A stretch of 63,625 bases of DNA, counting the filler, from Octopus bimaculoides (lineage: Eukaryota), in NCBI RefSeq assembly GCF_001194135.2. It is 6 parts of 6 records of this genome, joined end to end, with 100 filler letters (N's around TTAATTAATTAA, not from the genome) between each part and the next. Parts side by side here need not be neighbours in the genome. Positions count along the whole stretch, not along the records: positions 1 to 26,414 come from NC_069009.1; 5 more parts are not named here. The stretch is one strand, 5' to 3'. Every line of letters begins with the position of its first letter. The first letter of the stretch is position 1. Under the pieces are notes generated by a model, which saw only the letters and a program-made list of their open reading frames with translations, was not told where the DNA came from and ran no database searches. Both the position numbers and the translations under genes were made by a program. Shown piece after piece: positions 1 to 10,500 of this stretch.

Positions 1-1
1 A

Positions 2-187
2 GCATTCATCGCTGTTGAAGAACAAGCTGAAGTGTTTCACATACTCTTCATTATCTTCAATATCCTTCTCGGAATGTTTATCTTCATATTCTACTGTATA
101 TGCAAGAAAGATGCCAGAGAGGTCATTTGCTCGTGTGTAAATAAACAAAAGAAAGGGATCACCAATGCAAATTATAAAAACCAATAA
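2..187 (+). CDS. Adhesion (family B/7tm_2) GPCR gene 1, exon encoding ECL3-TM7-helix 8 and C-tail; gene begins upstream of the window
   Basis: Frame from nt 2 reads AFIAVEEQAEVFHILFIIFNILLGMFIFIFYCICKKDAREVICSCVNKQKKGITNANYKNQ*. This matches the adhesion-GPCR TM7 pattern F..FN.L.G.FIFIF.C...K..R. Possible AG acceptor at 1-2; GTAAGT donor at 190-195. Confidence 0.85.
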   Translation, partial: AFIAVEEQAEVFHILFIIFNILLGMFIFIFYCICKKDAREVICSCVNKQKKGITNANYKNQ

Positions 188-329
188 AAGTAAGTGCAAT
201 TTGATCTTTCTTATTACTACTATTACTACTACTATTACTACCATAACCAAGACCAACATGTCATAGTGGGGCTAATCACAAGCACCAACATAAATCATTG
301 TCAACATCGTAACCATCTGTATGTATGCG

Positions 330-428
<99 letters not shown>

Positions 429-481
429 TTATATATACATATATATTTATGTATGTATGTATGTATGTATGTGTGTGCATA

Positions 482-1268
482 CAGGGTGAGATGTTTAATC
501 TATCTTCTAAATTAGGCAAAAATGAAAATAACACTGAAACCTCATTTTAACAGATAATCACCAGAATTACATACAAATATTTTGAAAGACTAAAGTGTAA
601 ATTTATTCCATAAAATGGCGATTGGCTTCAACGACGGCGCCCCAGATGACATCGAAATCGCCTGTAAGTCTTCTGGATGGTCTCCTTTTCAAGTTGGTGA
701 ATGCTGCTATAATCCCTGCCTTCAGTTCATCTTTGGTGTGACAGGGAGTTTTGTTGTTCCGTCACTCAACTGCGCCCCACACATAATCAAGTGGGCTGCT
801 GTCTGTGACGTTAGACGGTAGGAGTCATGTGGTCGCATAAATTGCCTGACAGCCATGACTGGGTTCTGCTTGTGTGGCAAGGTGCAGAGTCTTGATGCCA
901 GACATGGGCGTCCTCCAGCCACTCTTTTGACCCAAGGTAGCACTACCTCCTCAGGGTACTTGTTGTAGGCCTCCGTGTTGAGTCTAAGGCCGTATGAGAA
1001 GATGTATAGAGGCATAACGTCACTATCACTGGTGATCACTCCAAACACCATGATGTTGACTGGATGTCAACTCTTGGCAATGTTCCTAATGGAGCTTCCG
1101 GCGCGAATGCCAAGCAGTATAGCATGCCGTTTCCAAAGTCTCTTGCAGAGTAAATGGTGTCATGATATCTAACTAAACCTACAATACTGCGTAGTCGACA
1201 AAATCAAAGACAACCATACGCTAAATTAGAAAAATATAAAACGCCAACAATTCACCCATCGCAGCCTG
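482..1268 (-). mobile_element. Tc1/mariner (maT-like) DNA transposon, internally deleted copy
   Basis: Minus-strand peptide MVFGVITSDSDVMPLYIFSYGLRLNTEAY...EEVVLPWVKRVAGGRP plus downstream transposase remnants. Ends ta-CAGGGTG... and ...CAGCCTG-ta. Colinear with the longer copy at 27138-28397 but missing about 430 bp of the centre. Confidence 0.85.
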
Positions 1269-1281
1269 TATATATATATAG

Positions 1282-1345
<64 letters not shown>

Positions 1346-1356
1346 AGTGAGTGAAG

Positions 1357-1525
1357 TATTTCAAAGGGGCCAGCTTTGTCACATTGTGTATCAATGCTGA
1401 ATCTCCTTGAGAACTGCGTTACGTTTACACGTGTCTGTGGAGGGCTCAGCCACTTGCACATTAATTTCACGAGCAAGCTGTTCCGTTGATCGTATCAGGT
1501 GGAACCCTCGTTGTTGTAACCGACG
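1357..1525 (+). mobile_element. 3' fragment of the tRNA-derived SINE family seen complete at 52728-53068
   Basis: Shares ctcagccacttgcac.ttaatttcacgagca.gctgttccgttgatc..atca..tggaaccctcg with the 52.7-53.1 kb copy. Confidence 0.8.
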
Positions 1526-1936
1526 TTATATTACTATAGATAATTGTATATGAAATTCAAAAACGGCCATAAATAGAAGAATGTAAAATGTTCACACTGC
1601 AATAGATAGATCTACGTAAAACATACAGAATAGAACTAAGACGTCTCTCATATTTGCCCTGACAAGTTGCCCATTTGTTCTGGAAGATATTACTGAACCA
1701 ATATTGCAAATATTTCTACAAAATATTCCTGATAATTAAATTCTCACTACTAGTTTCTGTAACGAGTGTTTTCAATATAAATTGTGTTTTTGAGTATAAA
1801 TTGTGTAGGATCCTTCTGCAATTCATATCTTCATTGTATGGGGAAACAGTAGATGACAACTGGGGTTATATATAAAATATAAGGCCTAGTGATTTTTTTA
1901 CTTTATTTTATAGACGTTTTCTCATTGTGTTTCCAG

Positions 1937-1989
1937 GTTCAAGTTCTGGTAATGAAACAGACGTTGGAACAGTAGAGACGAAGACATAA
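1937..1989 (+). CDS. Putative final exon of adhesion GPCR gene 1 (coding only if the upstream A-run is one base shorter; otherwise a 3' UTR exon)
   Basis: Acceptor ctcattgtgtttccag|GT TCA AGT TCT GGT AAT GAA ... AAG ACA TAA gives (S)SSSGNETDVGTVETKT*. ATTAAA/AATAAA signals lie downstream near 2040 and 2263. Confidence 0.45.
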
Positions 1990-2376
1990 TTAAAAATATG
2001 AAAAACTAATCTCTTTGAGAATCTTTTCTTCTTATATTACATTAAACATACTTGCGTACAAGTGAACTTCATTTTTATCTATCAATACAACACTACGAAA
2101 CTTAGACACTTTATAAACCACGATGTAATTTAAACCTTCTCATTTTTCTGTAACACACAAGATCTAACATCATATGGTTTGATTTGTAATCCTAAAGATA
2201 TTTTCTAACTGCCAATTTCACTTTTAATTTTCGATATAATCTTTAACTGTTATTGATGAAGAAATAAATGTGGTTTCTTACTACAATCTGTTTTGTTTTT
2301 TATTTGAAACATCGTTATATTCTACTCTAAGTTCAAATAACGCCTGGGGAGAGAGGGATACACAGGCAGACAGACA

Positions 2377-2608
2377 GGCGGTAAGCTGGCAGAATCGTTA
2401 GCACGCCGGGCGAAATGCTTAGCGGTATTTCGTCTGCCGCTACGTTCTGAGTTCAAATTCCGCCGAGGTCGACTTTGCCTTTCATCCTTTCGAGGTCGAT
2501 TAAATAAGTACCAGTTACGCACTGGGGTCGATAGAATCGACTTAATCCGTTTGTCTGTCTTTGTTTGTCCCCTCTGTGTGTAGCCCCTTGTGGGTAGTAA
2601 ATAAATAA
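2377..2608 (+). mobile_element. tRNA-derived SINE, family A, full length
   Basis: Head ggcggtaagctggcagaatcgttagc with B-box-like gagttcaaattcc; central gtcgactttgcctttcatcctttcgaggtcgat; tail ...gtagccccttgtgggtagtaaataaataa. Near-identical to 56937-57168 and the 63.3-63.6 kb copies. Confidence 0.9.
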
Positions 2609-3049
2609 CACAGGCAGACAGACACAGACAGACATACAAACAGACAGATTCAGTGATTTCGTCAGTTACTAATTACTCCACTAAAAATATGCAATTTTAT
2701 CTGACGATTAGCTGATTAGATATATAATCATGTATCTAATTACTCTCATTAGATCTTTCACCTGTTATTGTCGTAATTAATCTGATAATGAACATTTCAC
2801 AAACAGCTGCGTTACAATCAGAGAGGTCTTAGTATTTCTTCCTCTTAACCTCTAACCTCCATAAGCATTAACACGACCACTTGCACGTGCATGCACGGCC
2901 GAAGCATTCTAGCATTTAGTATCAAATATATTCAATAAATTATATAGCTTCGAAGTAACAGTGGATATAGATATGATTATATCACATAAATGTTAAGCGG
3001 TTGCTATAACACGCAGCAATATCTTCTTTGCTGTGTGGATAACGTTATT

Positions 3050-3612
3050 ATTATTTAAGTCATCTCTTTCATCAGATGATTTTGACATTTATACAGTAAC
3101 TCTTCTGTTTAATTACATACATATTCAGTTAATTGTCTTTTTTAAATGATATACCACAATATCAGTATCATGCCTCAATAATATGCTTTCTCTTCGGAAT
3201 GAATAGTTAAGGGACCATTTTGAGAGAATAATTTTCCACAGACATAACAATATTATGGTGTTTTTTCTCCTGTATGTTTCTGTATAGTTACTTTACTAGT
3301 GGTTGGGAACGATTTAGCACAAATATCATAGTGATGTGGTCTCTCTCTCTCGCCTGTGTGAATAGTTAACTTATCATTTCTAGATTGATTTACCACAAAT
3401 GTCACGGTGATATGGCGTTTCACCTGTATGAGTGCACTTTTGTTTAGTTAGGCCACAACTTCTAGAGAATGATTTCCCAAAGATATCACACTCATATGAT
3501 TTCATTCTCCGATGAATGAGTTTATGCTTAGTTAAATTACTGTATAATCCGGTATACGGATTTATGACAGATATCAAAATGATAAGGATCCTCACCTGTA
3601 TGAATATATGTA
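3050..3612 (-). pseudogene. Decayed C2H2 zinc-finger array
   Basis: Repeated finger/linker remnants HIHTGEDPYHFDICHKS, SNLTKHKLIH..KSYECDIFGKSFSRSCGLTKQKCTHTGETPYHRDICGKS, QKHTGEKTP*YCYVCGKLFSQNGPLTIH. Stops, frameshifts and lost Cys/His residues are present. Confidence 0.85.
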
Positions 3613-4010
3613 TGTTTGCATAGTCCTCTGGTCATTACACTGGTATGAGACCTTAGGTAAACTTAGTAACACCTACTTAGTGAGTAGGAAAGAAGACTGA
3701 AACCTTGCACATTCGAGGAATTAAACTTAGTCAATATGCAGGATAAGGTTTCGGCATAAACTCCATTCGCCGTATCCAGTGTAAGGTACGGACACAAGAG
3801 ATGTATCGGATTCACAAACTCACAAAGAACTTAAGTTTTATATGTGATAGATACACAGGAGAAGTACGGATTTCGAACAAGCCGGAAACATACTTCCTTG
3901 AATGCCTGGATAGCTCAATAGAAAAGGTTGGCAGCTTTGGTACTTGGATACGTCATCAGCAAGGAAGATGATTTCTCCGAGAAAGAATGAGTTGGAAAAA
4001 TGTGAGGGTC

Positions 4011-4621
4011 AGGGGTGAGTGTGTGGTAAGAGGTTAGGGTTATGGTTAGGGTTAGGGTTAGGGTTAGGGTTAGTTCCGGCTTCAGTCCCACTGCATGACG
4101 AATGTCTTCTACTATTGCCTGGGGCCGACCGAAGACATGTGAGGGAATTTGATAGAGGGGAACTGAAAGAAGTGCGTCGTATTTACACATATACACACAC
4201 GCATATATANNNNNNNNNNNNNNNNNNNNNNNNNNNNNNNNNNNNNNNNNNNNNNNNNNNNNNNNNNNNNNNNNNNNNNNNNNNNNNNNNNNNNNNNNNN
4301 NNNNNNNNNNNNNNNNNNNNNNNNNNNNNNNNNNNNNNNNNNNNNNNNNNNNNNNNNNNNNNNNNNNNNNNNNNNNNNNNNNNNNNNNNNNNNNNNNNNN
4401 NNNNNNNNNNNNNNNNNNNNNNNNNNNNNNNNNNNNNNNNNNNNNNNNNNNNNNNNNNNNNNNNNNNNNNNNNNNNNNNNNNNNNNNNNNNNNNNNNNNN
4501 NNNNNNNNNNNNNNNNNNNNNNNNNNNNNNNNNNNNNNNNNNNNNNNNNNNNNNNNNNNNNNNNNNNNNNNNNNNNNNNNNNNNNNNNNNNNNNNNNNNN
4601 NNNNNNNNNNNNNNNNNNNNN

Positions 4622-4658
<37 letters not shown>

Positions 4659-4685
4659 GCGCCACCATCGCTTGACAACCGGTCT
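4011..4685 (+). mobile_element. Composite tRNA-derived SINE (family B/C: head + internal microsatellite/gap + tail) inserted in the PLE 3' region
   Basis: gtgtggtaag...ttcagtcccactgc...gtcttctactattgcc..ggccgacc head, gap, (TG)n, then ccaccatcgcttgacaaccg tail, as in the 54735-55181 copy. Confidence 0.8.
4032..4073 (+). repeat. Interstitial telomeric-type repeat (TTAGGG)n, about 7 units
   Basis: ggttagggttatggttagggttagggttagggttagggttag read directly. Confidence 0.9.
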
Positions 4686-4689
4686 GAAA

Positions 4690-7110
4690 CAGTGTATGGG
4701 GAAGGAAAAAAAGATAGAGGAATGGGTAGGGAGCATAGGAGGTATCTACAAAGATGGAGTGAGGTTGAGGTGTTGATGTAGGGAATGATGTATGCGGGAT
4801 GGGGATGACCATTGGTGCATGGATTGGGGGAGTAGAGGATTTCAAGAAATAGTGTAGAACCAAGGGAGAGCAGTAACACGTTACTAAGTAGTGTGCCTGT
4901 GTGTAATGTGCGTTTGTGGGAGAAGGTTCTTTGTCTATGGGTGTTACATGTGTTTATGCGTGTTGCGTGTTTGTATATATAGTTTGTGTTGAGGTATTAC
5001 GTGCTTGTGTGGGTGTGCGGAGTGAGAAGGTGTTGTAGGTGGATGTGTAATGACGTGTGAAGTGAGTGATGATTTGAACAGTTTGTATGGGGTTGGTATC
5101 AGATGAAGAGAGGATGTGTTTGAGCTCATATGGCCCCAACGAACAAAGAGAGAGGATTAATTCCAGTTCACCTCGAAGGCGGGAGTCCGGTTGGCTCCTT
5201 GCAGACACAGTCCGAACAGAGACAGATGTAGCGAATGACAGTTAGAGCGGAAATAGCGCGCGACCGGAATGTCAATGCCAAGTCCTATGTCCCGCAAGTG
5301 CGGCACGAACCGATCAGCTAAGCGGCGTCCTCTTTGACGAATGCACATGGAAGGACAGAGAGAACGGCAGATGCAGTAACATCACTAGAGGTGCAGGTAA
5401 AGGAGTCGGTGACGTGAGATAGCTGCCTCTGAGGACGGTGGAGTTAGAGAGGTAGGAGCAGATGCGACAGCGTGGGCGGGAGCAAGGGACTGAGCTATGC
5501 TGTGAGGCAGTGGTCAGAAAGAAACTTTGGACCAGGAGGTTACGGAGGTTATAGGCTCATTTTAAGGAGGAAAGTGATAGGTCAGGGAAGATGTTCAAGG
5601 TGAAGAGATCGGACTGGAATCGCTACAAGCCTCGCAGAATGGTGCGTTGAAGAGTTAGGGTGAAAGGGTAGTAGGCGAGGGAAAACGAGAGACGACGGGT
5701 AAGGGTGGGGCGGGTGCGACGAGGAAGAGAGTGCATAGACGCAATCCACAGATCGTGCCCGAACAAGGGCAGTGTGGGTAATGGTATGGATATATCCACG
5801 TAGGATGAAATGGTGAGCTATGAACTGAGACTAAGTCTCAAAGTTGTGGTCATCACTGCAGAACCTCCGTATACGATGGAACTGGGTGTAGGGTGATGAC
5901 GATCCTGATGTGGATAGGGTAGGAGGAGAGAAGTTAACATAGGAATGTGAGTCAGTGTGTTTTTAGTGGATGGAGGTAGTGAGAGCGGAGAGGTGTATGC
6001 TGACAGAAATGTCGAGAAATTCGACGGAGGAGTTAGACATAGTGCAGGAGAATTCGAGGGCAGGGTGGAAGGATCAGACAGAGGAGAGGAACGAGTCCAG
6101 TTTTCCGCAGAAGGATGAGGTCACATCGATACAGTCATCGATATAACGGCTGCATTGTTCGGCAATGGGACCAGTGAATTGGGAGAATATTTCGGCCTCA
6201 ACGTAGCCAACGAACAGATTCGCATAGTCGTTGCCCATTCTCGTTCCCATGGACATTCCTGAGACTTATTGGTAAAACTCTCTCGCGAAAGAAAAGAAAT
6301 TGAGAAAGAGGACAAGTTCGGCAACACGAAGAAACGTGGAGGTGTCATGCTGAGAGTCAAGCCGAAGGTCATGGAAGTGTTTAAGCGCAAAAAAGTCCTT
6401 CGTGTGGGATCACCGTAGGTAAACTTTTAATACCAAGTGTGAACAGAAGTTACGACGGGCCAGAAGGGAAGGGGAAAAATTTTAACAGACGGAGAACATG
6501 ATTGGTGTCGTGGATGTGTGAGGAGAGGAAGCCACTAAGGAGGCAAGGACATGGTTGAGGTATTTGGAAGTCATATCCGCGTAGCAATTTCAACTGAAGA
6601 CGATGGGACTGCTAAGGTTGGTGGGCTTGTGAATTTTAGGAAGTAAATAGTGGGGTGGGTACGGACAATGAGGTTGGAGGCGATGGTGAGGACATGAATT
6701 GAATAATGGTGGACACTGTATTTTGGTACATAGGCTCCGGATTTGATGGCAGAGAGCAATAGAAGAAGGTGTCTTGAAGTTGACAGAGAACTTCAGCCTT
6801 GTAAATGTCTGCGCGCTACACCGCTACAGCCCCACCGTTGTCGGCCGCTTTGATGACGATATCTTTGCAGCGTTAGAGACTTTGAAGGGCCGAGATTTGG
6901 GCTGGGGTGATGTTGATATGTCGGGGACGCCTGCGAAAGTTCAACCTGTCCACAACCTGTTGGCAGATGCTTGCTAATTAATCAACTGATTGGAACTGGC
7001 CAGGAGCTGGCGTCCAGTGGGATGGTCGGATGTGTAGGTACGTGAAGCTGCTTTCTTTATTAGATGCAGATAGATTGTTGTAGAATGGGGCGGACCAAAA
7101 GCTGGATGGC
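4690..7110 (-). mobile_element. Penelope-like retroelement (RT + GIY-YIG endonuclease), decayed; 3' tail probably continues at ~3900-4010 beyond an inserted SINE
   Basis: Minus-strand SMGTRMGNDYANLFVGYVEAEIF...RYIDDC (PLE RT motifs 4-5), then HLRDIGLGIDIPVARYFRSNCHS and LILSLCSLGPYELK (GIY-YIG C-terminus). Confidence 0.9.
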
Positions 7111-9469
7111 TGCACGTGTCTGAAACTCGTGACTGAATGGAGTGAGGCGGGGCTGAAGCGCACACACGTACTGAGAAGAGAGGGGGGGTCAGGGGAAATG
7201 GTAATAATAGACTGTACTGGGGGAGGTGGTGCCTGCGTATGTGCGTGTATGTGTGTGTGTGTGCGTGTCTGTGCGTGTGTGCGTGTCTCTGTGTGTGTGT
7301 GCGTGCGTGTTGTCCACTTGCACATTGGAATTGAACCCGTAACTACCTGGTTGGGAAGTGTCTTATTTAACGGTTTCTTTGTTCCAGTCATTTGACTGCA
7401 GCCATGCTGGGGCACCGTTTTCAAAGCATTTGATCGAATAAATCGCGCCTAGAATATAATTATGTTTAACTTTGACCCGTGTTATTTAGGTTCTTTTGCT
7501 CAATCTCTAGTTTCTAGTAACGTAAACAGAGCAAAACCACGAGGGAAATATTTTTGTCGAGGGACAAGCACAAACAGATACACATACATACATATATACA
7601 TACACATATACATATTTTATATATTTGTATATATTTTTACGACAACCATACAGTTTCCCTGTAGAAGAAACTTGCCCAAGGTTCTGCACAAATGGAACTG
7701 AACCCCAAACCTTACTGTTGCAAAGTGAGCGTTTTAACTATGCTGCCATATTTATGCCATGTGATTAATTAGATAATTACTGTGGTGTTCATAAATTAAA
7801 TAATTTTTAAAATTCTAAATGATGAAGGACAATTTTTTAAGTGACATTTGTAAACAAAAATTGTGTGGTATGTGATATCAGACCATGCTAGAAATAACAG
7901 CTAATTTCCTGCAATATGATGTTGTTTTGCATATAAAATTGAATGGTTCTTTATAGATGGATTTAAAATAACTTTCCTTTACGTGGTCAATCTTAATGAT
8001 AAGAAGAGAAATGATGTGACTTCAAACACACTTTCTTTCTCATATAAAAACTGAAGAATTCTTAAGAAACATTTTTCAGAAATTAACCTATGTTCAGTTT
8101 CACTGCAATCAAAAACTGTAGCCAATGACCTTTAAATTTGCATAGCTTATCACATGCAACTGAAGGATACTTTACAAAATGTTTATAAAATATATTGTTC
8201 TATAAATGCTCAGGAGCTTTGCATGACATTATTGACATGTAGCCTGCAATTTGCATTTATTTTCATAGGAAACTGAAGGACATTTTCAGAAGCGTCTAGA
8301 AGAAAATTTACTCCATATTTTGTCTCATCAAATTTGCGTTGTTTTTCATATAAAATTCAAGAACATTACTATATATCAGTAAAAATACAGTCGGATTGAC
8401 CCACAATACGGCCTCTTTGAAATTCGGACAGTCCCAAGGCGGTTTTTTTTTCTATGTGGCATGAGTAAACAGTCATATATAGAGCCTCACGTATTGCTAG
8501 AAATGAGCGCTAAATACCCTTAAATTTGAAGTTTTTCTTATACATGATTGATGGATACTTCAAAAAATTTCTGCAAATATATTCTCCAAGAGGTCACCTC
8601 ACATCAAGCTAGAAATAACAGCCATGTGCCCTCAAATCAGAATTAAAGGATTTGATCGACAGGCGGTTTCATCTCATGCTCCAAACCGCAGCCAAATGCC
8701 GTCAAATGTCGTTTTCCTTTTTATTCAAAACCTGGTGTACCCGTGCCATGACGGCATGAAATTGATACGGTTAATAAAATTGAAATAAAAACATCACAAC
8801 CTTTATCTCAGTAATTGCTTCAACTCCACGTTCATAGTGAAAACCCTACCAACAATGAATTGTTCTGAATGGTCCTTCACCAACATTTTAATATTATTTC
8901 AACTTCTACTTCTACTCAATGCAACATAAAATTGTCCATGGCTGAATACTGGTGATAGTAGGATGGCACCAGCATTATTGACGCTCTACACCTGTGATTT
9001 GTTTATAGTTATAGCAAATGCTGGGATAACAGGAAACTGTCGTCTACTTATACTGGAAGGAGTGCCAACGATATATATGATAATATATAGAGTTTCAACT
9101 GAATGTTTCTTAACTATTATGAAAAATACACCATTCGCTGAATTAATTCTGGAAAATTACAAGAAAATCAAACTAAATATCAGATGAATAATTCTATTCA
9201 CAAGGAATTGTATGAAACAAAAAAAGATTAAATGAAGGAAAGTTGCCCACCTCACTTTTACTTTTCCATGAGGTATGGAACTTTGAAGGACTTGTTCCAA
9301 AAATGGTGCCCAGACTGGAGTGCCAGTCTAAATGCTATGTTCTATTCAATTATGTTTCCCTGCATTCCGAGTTCAAATCCCACGAAAGTCAGTTTTACCT
9401 TTAATCCAACGGGTATCAATAAAATAAATTACACACAAGAATAGCTTGCCAATAACAACACAATTCTCC

Positions 9470-10500
9470 ATTCTTTTCTATTATCTTCGTTCTTCTGTTA
9501 GAAAAGCAGGTTATCTTTCCCTTTGTTTTTGTAAAAGTGCATTATAGATGCATCTTTGAACTGCTGGGGAACAGATCCAGTTTCCCACATCAAACAGATC
9601 AATTTGCACAGCTTCCTTACAAGTTGTCTGCTACCATGCTTGTATACCTCCATGAGAATATCGTTTTATCCAAGAGCTTTACCATCGGAAAGTTTTTTGA
9701 TAGTAATACTTATCTCTGCCAAGGAAGGATGTTCCACTAGTTCTTCAGTAGGGATTTTGTGGATTACATCGGCATCGATAGTGGATTCTNNNNNNNNNNN
9801 NNNNNNNNNNNNNNNNNNNNNNNNNNNNNNNNNNNNNNNNNNNNNNNNNNNNNNNNNNNNNNNNNNNNNNNNNNNNNNNNNNNNNNNNNNNNNNNNNNNN
9901 NNNNNNNNNNNNNNNNNNNNNNNNNNNNNNNNNNNNNNNNNNNNNNNNNNNNNNNNNNNNNNNNNNNNNNNNNNNNNNNNNNNNNNNNNNNNNNNNNNNN
10001 NNNNNNNNNNNNNNNNNNNNNNNNNNNNNNNNNNNNNNNNNNNNNNNNNNNNNNNNNNNNNNNNNNNNNNNNNNNNNNNNNNNNNNNNNNNNNNNNNNNN
10101 NNNNNNNNNNNNNNNNNNNNNNNNNNNNNNNNNNNNNNNNNNNNNNNNNNNNNNNNNNNNNNNNNNNNNNNNNNNNNNNNNNNNNNNNNNNNNNNNNNNN
10201 NNNNNNNNNNNNNNNNNNNNNNNNNNNNNNNNNNNNNNNNNNNNNNNNNNNNNNNNNNNNNNNNNNNNNNNNNNNNNNNNNNNNNNNNNNTGGTTCAAAC
10301 TTTGCTGTGAACCATTCTGCGATCCAAGTATCATTTGTGAGTTTTGTGAGCTCTGGTGAATCTGAAATCACTGCAATCCTTGCTCTTAGTTATAACATAG
10401 TCCAGCGTGTGCCAGCGTCCAGATCAGGGGTGCTTCCGGATGCTTTTGGATTCATCTGTCTGCTTAAACACTGTCCCATTCATCTAGAGGTTATGTACCT
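9470..10500 (-). mobile_element. RTE-clade LINE ORF fragment (spans gap 9790-10290)
   Basis: Minus-strand EHPSLAEISITIKKLSDGKALG*NDILMEVYKHG...LMWETGSVPQQFKDASIMH.YKNKG, the RT N-terminal region typical of RTE elements. Confidence 0.85.

Noticed and set aside
7800-8630. Possible SEA-like exon (ETEGHFQKRLEENLLHIL...)
   Set aside because: The region consists of degenerate repeated units and old SINE tails (gctagaaataacagc, gttgtttt.catataaaatt); the frame ends in a stop with no donor.
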